DNA of 64,000 nucleotides, from assembly GCA_963834855.1 (NCBI GenBank), contig CAWIDH010000031.1, positions 42,779 through 106,778 on the forward strand, in the 5' to 3' direction. The notes below the pieces were generated by a model. The model had not been told where the DNA came from. It searched no databases and saw only the letters and a list, made by a program, of their open reading frames with translations. Positions 11,187 to 20,242 of the stretch are shown here, piece by piece (within the stretch, counting starts at the first letter, position 1; the number at the start of each line of letters is the position of its first letter). The position numbers and the translations under genes are program-made. This DNA is from an uncultured Gammaproteobacteria bacterium (GTDB lineage: Bacteria > Pseudomonadota > Gammaproteobacteria > Steroidobacterales > Steroidobacteraceae).

Positions 11187-12082
11187 TGGCCACGCCGTCG
11201 CGCGCGCGCTCGAACGGCGCCCCGGCCCGCATGCCGGTCGCAAAGACCTACAAGCTGTACGTAGACGGCAAATTCCCGCGCAGCGAGTCGGGCCGTTACT
11301 ACCCGCTGCAACGCAACGGGGGACGCCTGATCGCGAATGTCTGCCGCGGCAGCCGCAAGGATTTCCGCGACGCCGTCGTCGCGGCCCGCAACGCGTTCGG
11401 CGGCTGGTCGCAGGCGAGTTGCTATCTGCGCGGCCAGATCCTCTACCGCGCGGCCGAGATGCTCGAGGGCCGGAGCGAGCAGTTCGTCGCCGAGCTCGGG
11501 CTGCAGGGCGTCGCGAAGCGCGACGCAGCGGCCGAGGTGACTGCGACGATCGAGCGACTGGTCTATTACGCCGGCTGGGCGGACAAGTACCAGCAGGTGT
11601 TCAGCTCGGTCAACCCGGTGAGCAGCTCGCATTTCAACTTCTCCGTGCTCGAGCCGACCGGCGTCGTCGCAATCATCGCTCCGGAAGCGAGCGGGCTCCT
11701 GGGACTGGTGTCGAACGTCGCTCCCGCGGTCGTCGGCGGAAACACCTGCGTCGTCCTTGCCTCGCAGTCGCTGCCGCTCGCCGCCATCAGCCTGAGCGAG
11801 GTGCTGCACGCATCCGACGTCCCCGCGGGCGTCATCAACGTGCTGACGGGGATGCGCGAGGAGCTGACGGAGCAATTCGCCTCGCACATGGACGTCAATG
11901 CCGTCGTGTACTGCGACAGTGATGCGCAGGTCGCGCGGCGCATCCAGGAGGCGGCCGCCGACAACATCAAGCGCGTCGTGCTGCGCGGCGCGATCGACTG
12001 GAACGACGAGGGCGCGCAGAACCCCTACCTGATCCGCGACACGCAGGAAACCAAGACCACCTGGCACCCGATCGGCGCCTGA
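11186..12082 (+). CDS. short aldehyde-dehydrogenase-like protein that lacks the catalytic half
   Basis: In-frame ATG at 11186 shares one nt with the upstream TGA (tgATGg). 298 aa with ALDH N-terminal/NAD-domain similarity (YKLYVDGKF ... YYAGWADK ... VVAIIAPE). No ELGGK or catalytic Cys block. Confidence 0.7.
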   Translation: MATPSRARSNGAPARMPVAKTYKLYVDGKFPRSESGRYYPLQRNGGRLIANVCRGSRKDFRDAVVAARNAFGGWSQASCYLRGQILYRAAEMLEGRSEQFVAELGLQGVAKRDAAAEVTATIERLVYYAGWADKYQQVFSSVNPVSSSHFNFSVLEPTGVVAIIAPEASGLLGLVSNVAPAVVGGNTCVVLASQSLPLAAISLSEVLHASDVPAGVINVLTGMREELTEQFASHMDVNAVVYCDSDAQVARRIQEAAADNIKRVVLRGAIDWNDEGAQNPYLIRDTQETKTTWHPIGA

Positions 12083-12090
12083 CGGCGAGC

Positions 12091-12117
12091 GGAAATTTGG
12101 CTCTGAGCCGAATTTCC
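12091..12117. terminator. stem-loop between convergent genes (no U-tract)
   Basis: GGAAATTTGGC-TCTGA-GCCGAATTTCC, an 11-bp stem with one G.U pair. It lies between the ALDH-like stop (12082) and the P450 stop (12129). Confidence 0.4.
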
Positions 12118-12128
12118 GAGGCAGCCCC

Positions 12129-13359
12129 TCACCAGGTGATGCGCAGGCTCTCGAGGCCGCGGAAGACGAGCCCCGGTCGGTAGCGCGGCGGATCGCCGGC
12201 CAGGTGCAGCTCCGGCAGCCGCTTGAGGAGCGTCTCGAACAGCACTTCGAGCTCGAGCCGCGCGAGCGGCGCGCCGAGACAGAAGTGCGTGCCGGCGCCG
12301 AAGGCGAAGTGCCGGTTCGGCGCGCGGCCGACGTCGAACTCATCCGCCCGGTCGAAGGCGCGCGGGTCGCGGTTCGCGGAGCCGTAGAGCAGGCCGACCT
12401 TGTCGCCCCTGGCGAGCCCGATCCCCTGGATTTCCATGTCCTCGAGCACGTAACGGTGAAAGAGCTGCAGCGGCGCGTCGTAGCGCAGCATCTCCTCGAC
12501 GGCGGCCGGAACGAGCGACGGCTCTCTTGCGCAGCCTCGCCAGCTCCCCGGGATGCTTGAGCAGTGCCCAGAGCCCGTTGCCGGCGGCATTCGCGGTCGC
12601 CTCGTGTCCGGCGTTCAGCAGCAGCATGCAGGTCGCGATCAGCTCGTCGCCGGAGAGCCGCTCGCCTTCGTCGCGGACCGACACCAGCGCGGAGAGCAGG
12701 TCATCGCGCGGCTCTGCGCGTCGCTGCGCGGCGAGGTCATCCAGCGCTGCCGCGAACTCGCTCGTTGCGCGCTCGGCCCGGACCTCGTCGTCGGTCGAAT
12801 GATCCTTCTCGTAGAGGCGCACGATCGCGGCCGACCAGGGACGCAGCCGATGGCGCTCGGCGTCCGGCCAGCCGAGCAGGTCCGCGATCACGTGCACGGG
12901 GAGCGGTGCCGCGAGATCGGCGATGAAGTCCATCCGCTGCTCGACCTGGTGGCGGTCGAGCAGCTCGTCGACGCGCGCCTGGATCCGGCCGCGCAGGTCG
13001 CCGATCCTGCGCGGGCCGAAAGCGGCCGCAACGAGGCGTCGCAGGCGCGCGTGATCGGCGCCTTCGGTCTCGAGCAGGTTGACGCGGACGTAGCGGTCGT
13101 AGTTCGGCAACCTGCCCCAGCCCGCGTCGCGTCGCCGCCGCTCGAGCTCCGCCGGCGTGCTCACATGATCCATGGTGCGGCCGAGCCGCGCGTCGAGCAC
13201 CAGGCTGCGGACGTCCCCGTGGCGCGCGAACATCGTCATCCCGATCCGCGCCGATCGGAAGATCGGGCATTCGTCGCGCAGCCTCGCGTAGGCGGGATAC
13301 GGGTCCGCGACGAACGCCGGGTCGTCGGGCCGGAAATCGACTTCGGGCGCGGTGCTCAT
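12129..13359 (-). pseudogene. cytochrome P450, one frame break near 12528
   Basis: The N-terminal part is ORF 12340..13359 (LLLNAGHEAT I-helix). The C-terminal part is ORF 12129..12590 (EEMLRY; heme loop FAFGAGTHFCLGAPLA). Confidence 0.85.
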
Positions 13360-13391
13360 GCGCTTGGGACCACGCCGGGCCGCCGGCCCGT

Positions 13392-13952
13392 TCAGGGCTT
13401 GAGCAGGTCGAGCACAGGGGCGAGCTCGGTCTTGCCGGCCTTTATCTCCTCGAACGTGAGGCCGGCGAGCTCGTGGGGGAACACGATCCAGGCGTCGGTC
13501 TGGTGCAGGTAGTAGTCCGGCACGAGCGTCGTCTGGTTGTTGCCCGGCTTGTACCAGGTCGTCGCGATCCGCACGTTTCGCGGCATGTTGAGCCGCATCT
13601 TCTCAGCCAATTCCTTCAGCAGCGCCTGGATGCTGTTGCCGGAGTCGAACACGTCGTCGACGATCAGCAGCGAGTCGTCCGCGTTCGCTTCTTCGATGAT
13701 GTAGTGCAGGCCGTGCACGCGGATCGCCTTGGACCGTTGGCCGATGCCGACGTAGGCCGACGTCCGCACGGCGATGTGATCCGGCCGGACGCCGACGTAC
13801 TCGAAGTACTCCTGGATTGCGATCCCGATCGGTGTTCCGCCGCGCCAGATGCCGACGATGAAATCGGGCCGGAACCCGCTCCGGTGGATCTTCGCCGCCA
13901 GCCGGAACGAGTCCTGCAGGAGGCTGGTCGCAGTGATGTAGATCTTGTCCAT
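13392..13952 (-). CDS. phosphoribosyltransferase (purine PRTase-like)
   Basis: ATG at 13952 (MDKIYITATSL) inside ORF 13392..14039. PRPP-binding motif LLIVDDVFDSGNS. Confidence 0.8.
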   Translation of the reverse strand: MDKIYITATSLLQDSFRLAAKIHRSGFRPDFIVGIWRGGTPIGIAIQEYFEYVGVRPDHIAVRTSAYVGIGQRSKAIRVHGLHYIIEEANADDSLLIVDDVFDSGNSIQALLKELAEKMRLNMPRNVRIATTWYKPGNNQTTLVPDYYLHQTDAWIVFPHELAGLTFEEIKAGKTELAPVLDLLKP

Positions 13953-14093
13953 GAGATGAGGACAGTCCGGCGGTGGCGGCGCACGATACCACTCCCGTAT
14001 GCCTGCCGCATTCCAGCCGTTTCCTGCGCCGCGATGCAACGACTATGATTGCGGCGGTTCTGGCACTTGCACCAGTGGCTCCCGGGAGTGCAG

Positions 14094-15107
14094 ATGCAAC
14101 GGATCGTGTGTTTCGGCGAGATGATGCTGCGGCTCAGCGCGCCGGGATGCGAACCTTTGCTGCGCTCGCCGTCCCTCGAGGCGAACTTCGGCGGCGCAGA
14201 AGCCAACGTCGCCGTCGCGCTCGCTGGGCTTGGACTCAGCACCTCGATGGTGACCGTCCTGCCGGATAACCCGATTGGCGACGCGTGTGTCGGTGAGTTG
14301 CGCCGGCACGGCGTGGACGTCCAGGACCTGATCCGGCAGCCAGGGCGGATGGGACTCTACTTCCTTGCGCGCGGCGCCCTGCTACGACCGGCCGAGGTCA
14401 TCTATGACCGGGCAGGTTCCGCATTCGCTGCCGCCGATCCGGGCACGTACGACTGGCGTTCGTTGCTGTCAGAGGCAGGCTGGCTGCACGTGAGCGGCAT
14501 CAGCGCAGCGCTCGGCGAGGCGAGCGAGCGAGCGCTGCTCGCCGCAACGGACACGGCAAACGAGCTGGGCGTCGCGGTCTCCTTCGACTGCAACTACCGA
14601 CCGTCGTTGTGGCGCGGGCGCGAACAGCAGGCCGCGCGCGCGCTGCGCGAGCTGGCCAGCCGGGCGCAGCTGCTGCTTGCGAACGCGCACGATGCCAGGC
14701 TGCTGTTCGACGTCGATACCGCCGGCAAGGAACCGCCGGAAGCATTCCGGATCGCAGCTGCCGCAGCATTCGCTGCGTGTCCGGGTCTGCAATTCGTGGC
14801 CGCCACGGACCGGGTCGTTCACAGTCCCGGTCACCACGACCTGACTGGCCACCTCGCGGATCGTAGCGGGGCCGCGTCGAGCCGTACGCTCGCGCTGGAA
14901 CAGGTCGTCGACCGCATCGGCGGCGGCGATGCCTACGCCGCTGGCGTGATCTACGGGATCAGCCAGCGTCTCGACCGCGCGCGAATCGCCGAGTTCGCGG
15001 TGACGCTCGCGGCACTCAAGCACGGCATGCCCGGCGACTTCATCGTCGCGCGCGCCGCAGACGTCTGGAGCGCGATGGAGTCCGGGCAGCGCGACTTGCG
15101 TCGCTGA
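14094..15107 (+). CDS. kdgK: 2-dehydro-3-deoxygluconokinase (PfkB family)
   Basis: ATG at 14094 (MQRIVCFGEMMLRLS ... NFGGAEANVAVALAGLG). C-terminal GGGDAYAAG motif. Confidence 0.8.
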   Translation: MQRIVCFGEMMLRLSAPGCEPLLRSPSLEANFGGAEANVAVALAGLGLSTSMVTVLPDNPIGDACVGELRRHGVDVQDLIRQPGRMGLYFLARGALLRPAEVIYDRAGSAFAAADPGTYDWRSLLSEAGWLHVSGISAALGEASERALLAATDTANELGVAVSFDCNYRPSLWRGREQQAARALRELASRAQLLLANAHDARLLFDVDTAGKEPPEAFRIAAAAAFAACPGLQFVAATDRVVHSPGHHDLTGHLADRSGAASSRTLALEQVVDRIGGGDAYAAGVIYGISQRLDRARIAEFAVTLAALKHGMPGDFIVARAADVWSAMESGQRDLRR

Positions 15108-15110
15108 GGC

Positions 15111-16242
15111 TCATCTCAGCCACTGGTAGATCGCGATGCCGACGAAGTTCGCGATGACGTAGCCCAGCATCCCGATCGTGATGGCGGGCGTGAGCAGCGT
15201 CTTCCAGCCCTTGGCGCTCGCGATGCCTGCCGACGCCGCCGGACCGACGATGGCCGCCCCCGACCCGATGATCACCTCGGCGAGGTCGAACTTGACGAGC
15301 TTCGACACGAGCAGCAGCACGATGAAGTGCACGACGAGCATGAACGTGCAATAGACGAACAGGATCGGCGCGGACCTGATGAACCCCAGCGCATCCGTGC
15401 CGGCACCGATCATGGCGAAGAAGGCGTACATGCACAGCATGCCGAGTGCAAAATCACCCTCGAGCTTCGCAAACTGCCGCGGCGCGACGTTGGCGAGAAT
15501 CACGGTGACGACCGTGATGACGAACAGGTTGTAGGTCTCGAGGCCGAGCCGCGCGCAGATGTGCTTCGAAACCGCGCAGATCGCGAAGCTGATCGCGATT
15601 GCGGCGGACACGTGGTCCAGCCGGAACCGCGGCAGGTCCTCGGCCTCGTGCGTGATCTCGGCCGCATCGGCCTGATCCATGATTTTCGACGGGATGTGAC
15701 GCCGTATGAACGGTATCGAAGGCAGAGTGACCAGGATCAGCAGGCCCACGATCGACGCCGGTGCGCTGGCGCCCAGGGAGACGCTGAATTCGGTGGGCGT
15801 CATCTGCACCGCCTGGGATATGGCCACGAAGTTCACGACACCGCCGATGAAGGCGCCGGCGTAGGTACCCGCGATCTTCGCGCCGGCCTCCCCGAGGTCG
15901 AACAGGAAGTAGCCGGACACGGCGCCGACCACGACGCCGACGCTCGCGACCAGGAACGTGGGCAGCACCCAGCCGCCCTGCGTGAACACGGTGCGCACGT
16001 TCGCCTTGAACAGCAGGAAGGGTACTCCGAGCGGCAGCAGGTACTGGCCGACGAAGCCGTACGCGGGCGACTCGAGCGGTATCACGCGCGTGTTGGACAG
16101 GATAAGCGCGACGGTGAGGACCCAGGGGACACCCGAGACCTTGCGGGTGTACCTGTTGCGATCGGCCCAGAACCCGAGCCAGGCCAGACCGAAGATGACC
16201 GCGGCCGAGCGCAGTCGTGTCGTCAGCGTCGATCAAGGACAT
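15111..16242 (-). pseudogene. DUF819-like polytopic membrane protein, one frame break near 16200
   Basis: ATG at 16242 gives MSLIDADDTTAL. The frame then shifts into the ORF 15111..16085 frame (AAVIFGLAWLGFWADRNRY ... VIPLESPAYGF ...). About 10 hydrophobic segments. Confidence 0.6.
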
Positions 16243-16466
16243 GCGAAGACCTTTGCGGCCCCGTCACGCGGCGGGTGACGGCGCGAATTGACCAGTTGTT
16301 GTCGCATCGGGTAGCGCATTCTCGCTCATCGGCGCGATTCGGGTCATGAGCAGAAATAATCGACGGATGAGCAACCCTAAGTTGTGGGCACCGGCCGCCA
16401 CGCCGATCATGTGCGGACCCATGGCCGACCGCCCGGCGCCGTCGACTGTCAGGGAGTGCGGTTTGG

Positions 16467-18038
16467 ATGTCGACGTTTGACGTGGTCGTGGCGGGAGGCG
16501 GCGTAAACGGGCTGGCATGCGCGGCAACGCTCGCGCGCGAAGGCCTGTCCGTGTGCGTCGTCGAGCGCAACGCCTGGGTCGGCGGGGGCGCGGTGACCCG
16601 GGAAGTGACGCTGCCGGGCTTCAAGCACGACCTGTACGGGTCGTCGCATGTCTGGATCCTGTGCAATGCCGACTTCAAGGCGATCCAGCCCGAGCTCGAG
16701 CGCCATGGCCTCCGGTACCTCTCGCCGGCGGATCACATCACCGGTCATCCGGACCGAAGCGGCGGTCCCGGGATAGTCATCTACCGCTCGATCGACAAGA
16801 CCTGCGACAGCATCGCTCAGTACTCGAAGGCCGATGCCGCCCGTTATCGCCGGGTCCACGACGATTTCGCGCTGGTAAAGGACGGGTTCCTGAAGGCGTT
16901 CTTCTCGCCGCCCTCCCCGCCATCGACGATGGCGCGCGCGCTCGAGACGAGCCACGCCGGCTTGAGGCGGCTGCAGGAGTTCTCCCTGTCGGCGCGTGCC
17001 TGGGTCGAGATGAACTTCGAGAACGACTTCGTCAAGGCAGTGATGCTCAACTGGGCACTGGCCCCTCAGATTCTCCCCGACCAGGAAGGCGCCGGTCAGT
17101 CGTTCTACATCATGATTCCTGCGATCCACGTCTACGGGCAGGCGATACCCGAGGGCGGCAGCCAGGAGCTGCCGAAGGCGATGGCGCGCTATGTCGAGGC
17201 GCACGGCGGCCAGGTACTCACCGGGTGCCCGGTCGCGGAGATCCTGGTCGACGACAACCAGGCACGCGGCGTGCGTCTCGATGACGGCCGCACGATCGCC
17301 GCACGACGGGCGGTCGTTTCCGCGCTGGAGCCGAGGCAGACCTTCCTGAGGCTGGTCGGGGAGCGCAAGCTGGCGCCGGACTTCACCGATATGGTGCGTA
17401 AGTTCTCCTTCGGCCGGATCAGTATCTGCCGGTTGCAGCTTGCGCTTCGCGAACCGCCGAAATTCCTGAACGGCGCCGACATGAGCGCGTGCCTTTTCCA
17501 TCGAATCGTCGACTCGACTGAGCAGATGAGACGCTTCTATGCCGAAATTGCGATGGGCGTTCCACCTGGCGATCCATTCCTGTGGTGCGCCTGCTGGACG
17601 CTGCTCGATCCGAGCCGTGCGCCCCCGGGAATGCACACGCTGATCCTCGATACGTTCGTGTCGAACTGGCTCGCCGACGGCCGGACCTGGGCGGATATCG
17701 GCGACGCTTACGCGAACAATGTCCTGTTGCCGAAGCTGCGCCAGTACGCCCCGAACATCGATGACGAGAACATACTCGGCAGCTATGTTCAGACCCGGGA
17801 GACGCTCGAGTCCGACAATCCGTGCTTCGTCGAGGGCACGACGAACGGCGGCGAACGAATAGCCGCCCAGCTCGGCTACTTCCGACCCTTCCCCGGCTAT
17901 GCGCATTACCGGTCGCCGGTGAAGCAGCTCTACATGACGGGGCCGCACTGCCATCCGGGCGGGGGCATCTCGGCGATGGGCACCATCACGGCACGAGTCA
18001 TGCTGGACGATATGGGACTCAAGCCAGCGAACTTCTGA
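16467..18038 (+). CDS. FAD/NAD(P)-dependent oxidoreductase, phytoene-desaturase (CrtI)-like family
   Basis: N-terminal dinucleotide fold FDVVVAGGGVNGLACAATLAREGLSVCVVERNAWVGGG. 523 aa. Confidence 0.8.
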   Translation: MSTFDVVVAGGGVNGLACAATLAREGLSVCVVERNAWVGGGAVTREVTLPGFKHDLYGSSHVWILCNADFKAIQPELERHGLRYLSPADHITGHPDRSGGPGIVIYRSIDKTCDSIAQYSKADAARYRRVHDDFALVKDGFLKAFFSPPSPPSTMARALETSHAGLRRLQEFSLSARAWVEMNFENDFVKAVMLNWALAPQILPDQEGAGQSFYIMIPAIHVYGQAIPEGGSQELPKAMARYVEAHGGQVLTGCPVAEILVDDNQARGVRLDDGRTIAARRAVVSALEPRQTFLRLVGERKLAPDFTDMVRKFSFGRISICRLQLALREPPKFLNGADMSACLFHRIVDSTEQMRRFYAEIAMGVPPGDPFLWCACWTLLDPSRAPPGMHTLILDTFVSNWLADGRTWADIGDAYANNVLLPKLRQYAPNIDDENILGSYVQTRETLESDNPCFVEGTTNGGERIAAQLGYFRPFPGYAHYRSPVKQLYMTGPHCHPGGGISAMGTITARVMLDDMGLKPANF

Positions 18039-18079
18039 AACGAAGCGCCGGCGACGACGCCGGCCGACCGGAGACGACA

Positions 18080-19234
18080 ATGAGCCGCAAGATAGAAAAG
18101 TACACCGCCCTCGTGATGCAGCCCCACGTCGTGGTGGCCGAAGATCGCGACGGCATCAAGGAGAACGTCGAACGCGCGCTGCGCATGATCGACTTCGGCG
18201 TCGGCTATTTCTGGGAACTGCCGGCAAAGCTGGTCGTCTTCCCGGAGTACTTCATGCAGGGCGTAACGACGCCCGGCAAGGGTGAACACGCGATCGACAC
18301 CTTCATGAAGAAGGCGATCACCTTCGACGGACCGGAGTTCAGGGCGCTTTCGGACAAGGCGCGCGAGTACGGTCTCTATATCGCAGGCGGGGGCATTGTC
18401 GAGAAGGTTCGCGAATTTCCCGATCGCTGGTTCAATTCGGCATTCATCATCGGGCCCGACGGCGAGCTCGCGCTGCGATATCACAAGTGGCACATCCCGG
18501 CCTCGATCGGGCTCGGTACGAGCCCGCACGACATGCTGGAGGAATACCAGGCCGTTTTTGGCGCCGATATCAAGACGCTGTTCCCGGTGATCGATACCGA
18601 GATCGGCAAGCTCGGCACCATGACCTGCCATGACGGATGCACGCCCGAGGTGTCGCGCGCGCTGGGCTACAACGGCGTCGAAGTGATCTGCCACCCGGTG
18701 GCGCTCCAGGAGGTCGAAGGCGTGGCCGAACCCTGGGACTTCTGGATGTTCACCCGCCGCACCCGGGCGCACGACAACATGGCATATCTGCTCGGTTCGA
18801 ACTGGGGCACGGTCGACTATGCGTACTATCCCAGGGCGTTCTGTCCGGGATACTCGTTTGCGATCGACTACACCGGCATGGTGATGCGTCACGCGCCCTA
18901 TCCGCAGGAGCAGGTGCTGGCGGCGACGATCGACATCGAAGCGCTGCGCGAGCATCGTTCGCGCTGCAATCACAACACCTGGGTGGACCTGCGCACGGAG
19001 GGGTTCCGGCAGATCTACGAGAAGCCGATCTATCCGGCGAACCAGTTTCCCAAGGGCCGGCCGCCACGAACACTGGCCGACAAGATGGGGCCACTCAAGC
19101 GCGTGTTCGAGGACCTTTACGGGCGTGGTCAGTTCGAGCCACCGGCCGGGATGACCGTCGCCGACATGGGCAAGCTGCACGAGAAGCGCGTTCGCAGCGC
19201 ACAGGAACGCGGTACCCTCAGGAAGGACGGCTGA
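18080..19234 (+). CDS. carbon-nitrogen hydrolase (nitrilase/amidase superfamily) with a long C-terminal extension
   Basis: ATG at 18080 (MSRKIEKYTALVMQ). Candidate E-K-C triad contexts are VVFPEYF, RYHKWH and GTMTCHDG. Confidence 0.8.
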   Translation: MSRKIEKYTALVMQPHVVVAEDRDGIKENVERALRMIDFGVGYFWELPAKLVVFPEYFMQGVTTPGKGEHAIDTFMKKAITFDGPEFRALSDKAREYGLYIAGGGIVEKVREFPDRWFNSAFIIGPDGELALRYHKWHIPASIGLGTSPHDMLEEYQAVFGADIKTLFPVIDTEIGKLGTMTCHDGCTPEVSRALGYNGVEVICHPVALQEVEGVAEPWDFWMFTRRTRAHDNMAYLLGSNWGTVDYAYYPRAFCPGYSFAIDYTGMVMRHAPYPQEQVLAATIDIEALREHRSRCNHNTWVDLRTEGFRQIYEKPIYPANQFPKGRPPRTLADKMGPLKRVFEDLYGRGQFEPPAGMTVADMGKLHEKRVRSAQERGTLRKDG

Positions 19235-19248
19235 GAGGAGATCTCGCG

Positions 19249-19542
19249 ATGAAAGTCCGCTCAGCGCTTGCGGACATGGACGTGGTCGTCGGCGACGTGC
19301 GCCGCACGGGCAACGACCTCGTATTGACCTCGGGGCCGGACAGCTCGATAGAGGCGATCATCACCGTGTCCGCGCGTGAGGTGGTCGCCACGCTGGTCAA
19401 GATCCTGACGAGCCCGTCGGGCCTGCTGTTCCTCGTCGGCCTGCCGTGGTTCTGGCTACGGCAGACGCTCGGGCACGGGTCGTCGCCGGGCACGACCACC
19501 TCGCCAGCCACCCGACCGGCCGACATCAACAAGCCCTGGTAA
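19249..19542 (+). CDS. small hypothetical protein with one hydrophobic segment
   Basis: ATG at 19249, preceded by gagaggag 9 nt upstream and 15 nt after the CN-hydrolase stop. 97 aa with hydrophobic stretch GLLFLVGLPWFW. No family recognised. Confidence 0.4.
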   Translation: MKVRSALADMDVVVGDVRRTGNDLVLTSGPDSSIEAIITVSAREVVATLVKILTSPSGLLFLVGLPWFWLRQTLGHGSSPGTTTSPATRPADINKPW

Positions 19543-19554
19543 AGGGCCCGACTC

Positions 19555-20226
19555 TTGCCCACACACGCGGAAACGGACCCGGTCCTCGAGAGCATGGCAC
19601 GCACGGCTATCGTGCCGGTGGTCATCATCGAGGACGCGCGCGACGCCGTCCCGCTTGCGGACGCGATTGCCGCCGGCGGTTGCCCGCTGGTCGAAATAAC
19701 GCTGCGCACGCCCGCCGCCCTGCCGGCGATTCAGGCGCTGGCGAGTCATCCGGCGATCATCGTCGGCGCGGGGACAGTCTTGAACGCGGACCGCGCCCGG
19801 GCGGCTCACGCGGCGGGCGCACGCTTCATCGTCGCACCGGGCCTCGATGCCGAGACGGTGACGGTCTCGCGCGCGCTCGGACTGCCCGTGCTGCCGGGTG
19901 TGGCCACGGCGACCGAAGTCCAGGCGGCGTACAACCTCGGGCTTCGCATCGTGAAGTACTTTCCGGCTGGCTCGATGGGCGGGTCGCCTGCGTTGCGCGC
20001 GTTGGCGGAAACATTCCGCGACATGCGCTTCATGCCGACCGGTGGCATTCGCGAGGCCGATCTACGCGAGTATCTCGCCATCACCTCGGTCATCGCTTGC
20101 GGCGGCAGTTGGCTTGCACCCCCGGAGCTGATCGCGGCGGCCGATTACGCGGGGATCACCCGCCGCGTCGCGACGGCGGTGTCGATCGCGCACAGCGTGC
20201 GCGCGGGGAAGGCGTCGATCGTGTGA
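19555..20226 (+). CDS. eda: KDPG / 4-hydroxy-2-oxoglutarate aldolase
   Basis: VPVVIIEDA ... GGCPLVEITLRTPAAL ... GAGTVLN ... FIVAPG ... PGVATATEV ... VKYFPA ... FMPTGGI. The start is either TTG at 19555 or ATG at 19594. Confidence 0.88.
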   Translation: MPTHAETDPVLESMARTAIVPVVIIEDARDAVPLADAIAAGGCPLVEITLRTPAALPAIQALASHPAIIVGAGTVLNADRARAAHAAGARFIVAPGLDAETVTVSRALGLPVLPGVATATEVQAAYNLGLRIVKYFPAGSMGGSPALRALAETFRDMRFMPTGGIREADLREYLAITSVIACGGSWLAPPELIAAADYAGITRRVATAVSIAHSVRAGKASIV

Positions 20227-20242
20227 GCACCACCGTCCGGGC

